Source: a virus. Taken from it: DNA of 16,682 nucleotides. The first letter of the stretch is position 1, and the number at the start of each line of letters is the position of its first letter. Below the pieces are notes generated by a model. That model made no database searches and was not told the origin of the DNA. It worked only from the letters and a program-made list of their open reading frames with translations. The position numbers were made by a program, and so were the translations under genes. The stretch lies in UHGV virus genome UHGV-0178820. One strand, written 5' to 3'. Of this stretch, positions 12,987 to 16,682 are shown in pieces.

Positions 12987-14627
12987 GTGGCAAAACGTAA
13001 ACTTTCCATTAAAGAGTTTCAGAAAAGCTTACAGGAGTACATCGCCAACCTCCGACAGACCATCGAGGCTGAATGTCTGGGGTTCGATGTTAACCCGCAG
13101 GCCACACAGGCCCGCCGGGCGGCAGTCTGCGACCCGGTGACGGGCTACGATTATTTTGTCGAAAACTATTTCCCGCACTACGTCCGCAACCCGGCAAAAA
13201 GTGAGCTGCATAAATACCTGTTCAGCCGTCTGCCACAGGTTGTGGCAAGCCCGGCCCCGGAGAACGACGCCATCGCCGCGCCCCGTGGTGAAGCAAAATC
13301 CACGCTGGTGACTCAGCTGTTTACCCTGTGGACCATTATCCGGGGTATTAAGCATTACCCGGTCATCATTATGGACAGTATCGACCAGGCTTATCCGATG
13401 CTGGAAGCCATCAAGGCTGAACTGGAATTTAACCCCCGTTTAAAAAACGATTTCCCGGAAGTGTGCGGACAGGGGCGCGTCTGGCGTATGGGGACCATCG
13501 TCACGGCCAACAATATCAAGGTGACCGTTGCCGGTAGTGGTAAAAAGCTGCGTGGTCTGCGCCACGGCCCGTACCGTCCTGATCTGGTTATCCTCGACGA
13601 CATCGAGAACGACGAGATGGTGCGCAACCCGGAGCAGCGCGACAAACTGCATAACTGGCTCACCAAAACCGTGATGCCACTGGGTGAGGCTGGCGGTAAA
13701 ACCGATATTATTTATATCGGGACCATCCTGCATTACGACTCCGTACTGTCGCGCACGCTGAATAACCCGATGTGGAAAACGGCCCGTTTTAAGGCCGTCA
13801 TTCAGTGGCCTGCCAATATGAAGCTGTGGGACGAGTGGGAAGAACTCATCCGCAACAAACAGCCGGAAGCGGCGGAGGCACTTTATCAGCAGAACGAAGC
13901 CGATATGCTCGCCGGGTCGGTGGTGTCATGGGCGGCGCGTCCCCTGCTGGCGCTGATGAAAATCCGTGTCCGTGACGGCCATGACACCTTTGATTCTGAA
14001 TACCAGAACGACCCGGTCAGCGGTGAAGATGCGCTGTTTGCGGGCTGCATTAAGTTCTGGGTTAACCGTCTTGATGAATGGGTGTTCTACGGCGCTGTTG
14101 ACCCCAGCCTCGGGAAGAAGAATAAAAACCGCGACCCGTCGGCCATTCTCGTGGGGGGCTTTAACCGCTTTACCGGCATTCTGGATGTGGTTGAAGCCGA
14201 TATCCGCCGACGTCTGCCGAATAAAATTATCGAAGACGTGATCAAGTATCAGCGGGAATATCACTGCCTGTGCTGGTCGTTTGAGTCCGTCCAGTTTCAG
14301 GAATTTCTGCGTACCGTGCTGGTTGAGCGTTCGGCGGCGCTGGGTGTGCCGGTTCCGGCGCTGCCGGTCATCCCGCTGGAGGATAAGGCGCTGCGTATCG
14401 AATCCCTTCAGCCGCATATGGCCAACGGCCTGATTCGTATCAGTCACACACATCAGACGCTGATTGACCAGCTGCGCCACTACCCCAAAGCCGACCACGA
14501 TGATGGCCCGGACTGTCTGCACATGCTGTGGACGCTGGCGGTATCGCGCAGCGCAAAATTTCAGATACACACCCCACGCAGCACCGGGCGTGACCGTGGC
14601 GGGCGTTTTGGTTCAGGAGGATGGTAA
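12987..14627 (+). CDS. Terminase large subunit (Mu gp28-like)
   Basis: Walker A-like GEAKST, Walker B-like DLVILDDIE, and a C-terminal nuclease-like region with conserved acidic residues; 546 aa from GTG 12987 (AGGTG 4 nt upstream); the ORF-track start at 12969 is a TTG. Confidence 0.85.
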   Translation: MAKRKLSIKEFQKSLQEYIANLRQTIEAECLGFDVNPQATQARRAAVCDPVTGYDYFVENYFPHYVRNPAKSELHKYLFSRLPQVVASPAPENDAIAAPRGEAKSTLVTQLFTLWTIIRGIKHYPVIIMDSIDQAYPMLEAIKAELEFNPRLKNDFPEVCGQGRVWRMGTIVTANNIKVTVAGSGKKLRGLRHGPYRPDLVILDDIENDEMVRNPEQRDKLHNWLTKTVMPLGEAGGKTDIIYIGTILHYDSVLSRTLNNPMWKTARFKAVIQWPANMKLWDEWEELIRNKQPEAAEALYQQNEADMLAGSVVSWAARPLLALMKIRVRDGHDTFDSEYQNDPVSGEDALFAGCIKFWVNRLDEWVFYGAVDPSLGKKNKNRDPSAILVGGFNRFTGILDVVEADIRRRLPNKIIEDVIKYQREYHCLCWSFESVQFQEFLRTVLVERSAALGVPVPALPVIPLEDKALRIESLQPHMANGLIRISHTHQTLIDQLRHYPKADHDDGPDCLHMLWTLAVSRSAKFQIHTPRSTGRDRGGRFGSGGW

Positions 14628-16222
14628 TGGCACAGCTTGTTGATATTTACGGACGCCCGCTGAAACGTGAGGCGCTCAAAACCACGCAGTCGGTCAGAGT
14701 GGCGGAACGGCTGCGCATTTATCCCGACCACCCGTCGCGTGGTCTGAACATCAGAAAACTGCCGCGCATTCTGGAAGCTGCCGAACGCGGTTATCTTCCG
14801 GCGCAGGCGATGCTGTTTGCGGATATGGAAGAACGTGATGGCCATCTGTTCGCCGAGATGGAAAAGCGCAAAAAAGCATTGCTGACGCTGGACTGGTCGG
14901 TGGAGCCGCCCCGCAATGCCTCGAAGGCAGAAAAGGAACTGGCCGCCGCCGTGGATGACTGGCTGCATGGTATCCCGGACATGGAGGACATCATCCTTAA
15001 CGGGATGAGCAGTGTCGGTTATGGCTTCAGTTGTCAGGAAATCAGCTGGGCGTTCGTGGATAAAACGTGGTTACCGGATGCGGTGACGCTGCGACCGCAT
15101 AACTGGTTTATTACCCTGCCGGAACACAATGACGAACTCCGGCTGGATGACGGCAATCGTGGGGAAGATGGTAAAGACGGTTCCCCGCTGTGGCCGTTCG
15201 GCTGGCTGGTTCACCGTTACAACGCCCGGTCGGGGTTCCTGGGTTCATCCGGCCTGTTCCGCGTACTGGTCTGGCCGTATCTGTTCAAAAACTTTGCGCT
15301 GCGTGATATGGCAGAATTTCTGGAGATTTACGGCCTTCCGGCGCGCATTGCGTACTATGCACAGGGCACCAGTGACGAGGACCGGGACAACATTCTTGAG
15401 GCGCTGGTCAATCTGGGTCATGAAGCGGTGGCAGCCCTGCCGCAGGGTAACGAAATTGAGTTCAAGGAGGCCGCGTCCGGCGGACCGGAGGCGTTCATGT
15501 CGATGGTGGAATGGGCAGAGCGCACCACCTCAAAAGTGATTCTGGGCAGTACGCTGACCAGCCAGGCTGACGGTAAAACCTCCACCAACGCGTTGGGTAA
15601 TGTGCATAACGAGGTCCGGCACGACATTCTGGCCGCCGATGCGCGCCAGTTGTCCGGCATGTTCAGCAGCCTGATACAGATGATGGCCAGCCTGAACGGC
15701 TGGCAGGATATCCCGCCACGCCGTCTGCCGCGTCTGGTGTTTGATGTGCAGCAGGAAGCCGACATTAAGGGGGTGGCGGAAGCCGTCAGTGTGCTGGTCA
15801 ACAATGTGGGAATGAAGGATATCCCGGTGTCGTGGGTGCGCAAAAAAACCGGTATCCCCACCCCGAAAGACGGCGAAGAGGTACTGGTTCCGGTGGCACA
15901 GCGTCTCCCTGTGCAGACCGGTCTCAGCCAGCTGCGTGAGCGGATGAATGTTGCCGCACTCAGTCAGCAGGACAACGGGGAGGACGACCCGGCACAGAAC
16001 GCCATCGACCGGGCAGAGCTTCCGGCAGAGGCCATCGCGCAGGGGATGAACGAACTGGTGGCCCCACTGGTGCAGGCCATACAGGAAGGCCGGGATGCAG
16101 ACGAGGCCATGAACGTACTGGCGGAAGCGTGGCCGGAGCTGCCGGATGACACGCTGCGGCAGTTGCTGACACAGGCATTCTTTGTGGCGGATATCTGGGG
16201 GCGACTGAATGCCGACAGCTGA
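14627..16222 (+). CDS. Portal protein (Mu gp29-like, DUF935 family)
   Basis: About 531 aa directly after the terminase with TAATG overlap and AGGAGG SD 6 nt upstream of ATG 14627; size and order match the Mu portal. Confidence 0.8.
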   Translation: MAQLVDIYGRPLKREALKTTQSVRVAERLRIYPDHPSRGLNIRKLPRILEAAERGYLPAQAMLFADMEERDGHLFAEMEKRKKALLTLDWSVEPPRNASKAEKELAAAVDDWLHGIPDMEDIILNGMSSVGYGFSCQEISWAFVDKTWLPDAVTLRPHNWFITLPEHNDELRLDDGNRGEDGKDGSPLWPFGWLVHRYNARSGFLGSSGLFRVLVWPYLFKNFALRDMAEFLEIYGLPARIAYYAQGTSDEDRDNILEALVNLGHEAVAALPQGNEIEFKEAASGGPEAFMSMVEWAERTTSKVILGSTLTSQADGKTSTNALGNVHNEVRHDILAADARQLSGMFSSLIQMMASLNGWQDIPPRRLPRLVFDVQQEADIKGVAEAVSVLVNNVGMKDIPVSWVRKKTGIPTPKDGEEVLVPVAQRLPVQTGLSQLRERMNVAALSQQDNGEDDPAQNAIDRAELPAEAIAQGMNELVAPLVQAIQEGRDADEAMNVLAEAWPELPDDTLRQLLTQAFFVADIWGRLNADS

Positions 16223-16682
16223 CGATGTTGACCTGGGTTATGCGTACACCCTGAAGCCGGAAGAAGCGATTAAGTATTTCGAAAGCAAGGGATACGTTAT
16301 CGGCTTCCGTTGGCACGATGTGAAGGACATCGCCAACGCCCGGGCGTTCACGGTGGCGGGCGTGCTGAAACTGGATGTGCTGAAGGATATCCGTGATGGC
16401 CTGACGGCCGCACTGGCTGACGGCGGGACGTTCCGGGAGTTTGCTGCACAACTGGAACCACTGCTGGAATCAAAAGGCTGGCTGGGTAAAAAGCTGATTG
16501 TGGACGAGGACACCGGCGAACTGCACGGCAGGCAGCTGACGCCGCGCCGGTTGCGCACGATATTTGATACCAATATTCAGTCGTCCTACAACGCCGGACG
16601 CTATCAGCAGCAGATGGCGAACGTGGCCGACCGGCCTTATTTTGAGCGCGTGGCGGTGATGGACCTTCACACCCGCCCGAAA
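16209..16682 (+). CDS. Mu F-like head morphogenesis protein (gp30-like), 5' partial: first 158 codons, runs off the window
   Basis: Frame open from ATG 16209 (in-frame TGA immediately upstream at 16206-16208) to the window end, verified codon by codon; contains ...VMDLHTRP... resembling the Phage_Mu_F conserved motif; follows the portal as in Mu. Absent from the ORF track because no stop lies in the window. Confidence 0.75.
   Translation, partial: MPTADDVDLGYAYTLKPEEAIKYFESKGYVIGFRWHDVKDIANARAFTVAGVLKLDVLKDIRDGLTAALADGGTFREFAAQLEPLLESKGWLGKKLIVDEDTGELHGRQLTPRRLRTIFDTNIQSSYNAGRYQQQMANVADRPYFERVAVMDLHTRPK

Larger units (their letters stand above)
55..16682. mobile_element. Mu-like transposable prophage, left arm (left end to head-morphogenesis gene; continues beyond window). 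Left boundary approximate.
   Basis: Gene order repressor / ner / DDE transposase / AAA+ B protein / small early genes / gemA / Mor-family activator / lysis / terminase small-large / portal / Mu F-like matches the established Mu genome plan. Direct repeats near 62-205 are consistent with transposase-binding sites at a left end. Exact end not determinable without the right end or an empty site. Confidence 0.8.

Noticed and set aside
12443-13009. 188-aa minus-strand ORF antisense to the small terminase gene
   Set aside because: Arg-rich antisense translation of a GC-rich coding region; the sense-strand gene has the conserved position and an N-terminal HTH-like motif.
13926-14570. 214-aa minus-strand ORF antisense to the large terminase
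   Set aside because: Lies wholly inside the conserved terminase ORF; highly Arg/Gln-rich, typical of antisense frames in GC-rich genes.
15960-16573. Minus-strand ORFs (163 aa, 111 aa, 62 aa) antisense to the portal and Mu F-like genes
   Set aside because: Pro/Arg/Ser-rich shadow ORFs opposite well-supported structural genes.
1-16682. CRISPR arrays, tRNA or rRNA genes, and IS elements
   Set aside because: No regularly spaced short direct repeats with unique spacers, no cloverleaf-like or rRNA-like segments noticed, and no IS-type terminal inverted repeats flanking a small transposase.

Overview
This 16.7-kb window reads as the left arm of a Mu-like transposable prophage in an enterobacterial-type genome. 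From left to right: a short probable host flank (about 1-55); a left end with three TCTGGGCG-containing direct repeats; a leftward repressor gene; divergent rightward ner, a MuA-like DDE transposase and a MuB-like AAA+ ATPase; a roughly 4.5-kb accessory early region of small genes (DUF3164-like, ANR-like, DUF2786-like, Ead/Ea22-like and several unknowns); gemA; a Mor/C-family activator on its own terminator-bounded transcription unit; a lysis cassette (holin-like protein, second membrane protein, GH108-type endolysin, small membrane protein); and the start of the head module (gp27-like small terminase, large terminase, portal, Mu F-like protein running off the window). No rRNA, tRNA or CRISPR array is evident. 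The most unusual structures are a 110-aa AT-rich ORF bracketed by a perfect 20-bp direct repeat just after the B gene, a convergently oriented 72-aa gene with its own SD and terminator inside the rightward early operon, and tandem palindromic units upstream of the gemA region. No canonical multi-gene defence system is recognisable; the candidate novel biology is small accessory (moron-like) genes of unknown function. All family assignments are from recall of motifs and gene order, not from database searches.
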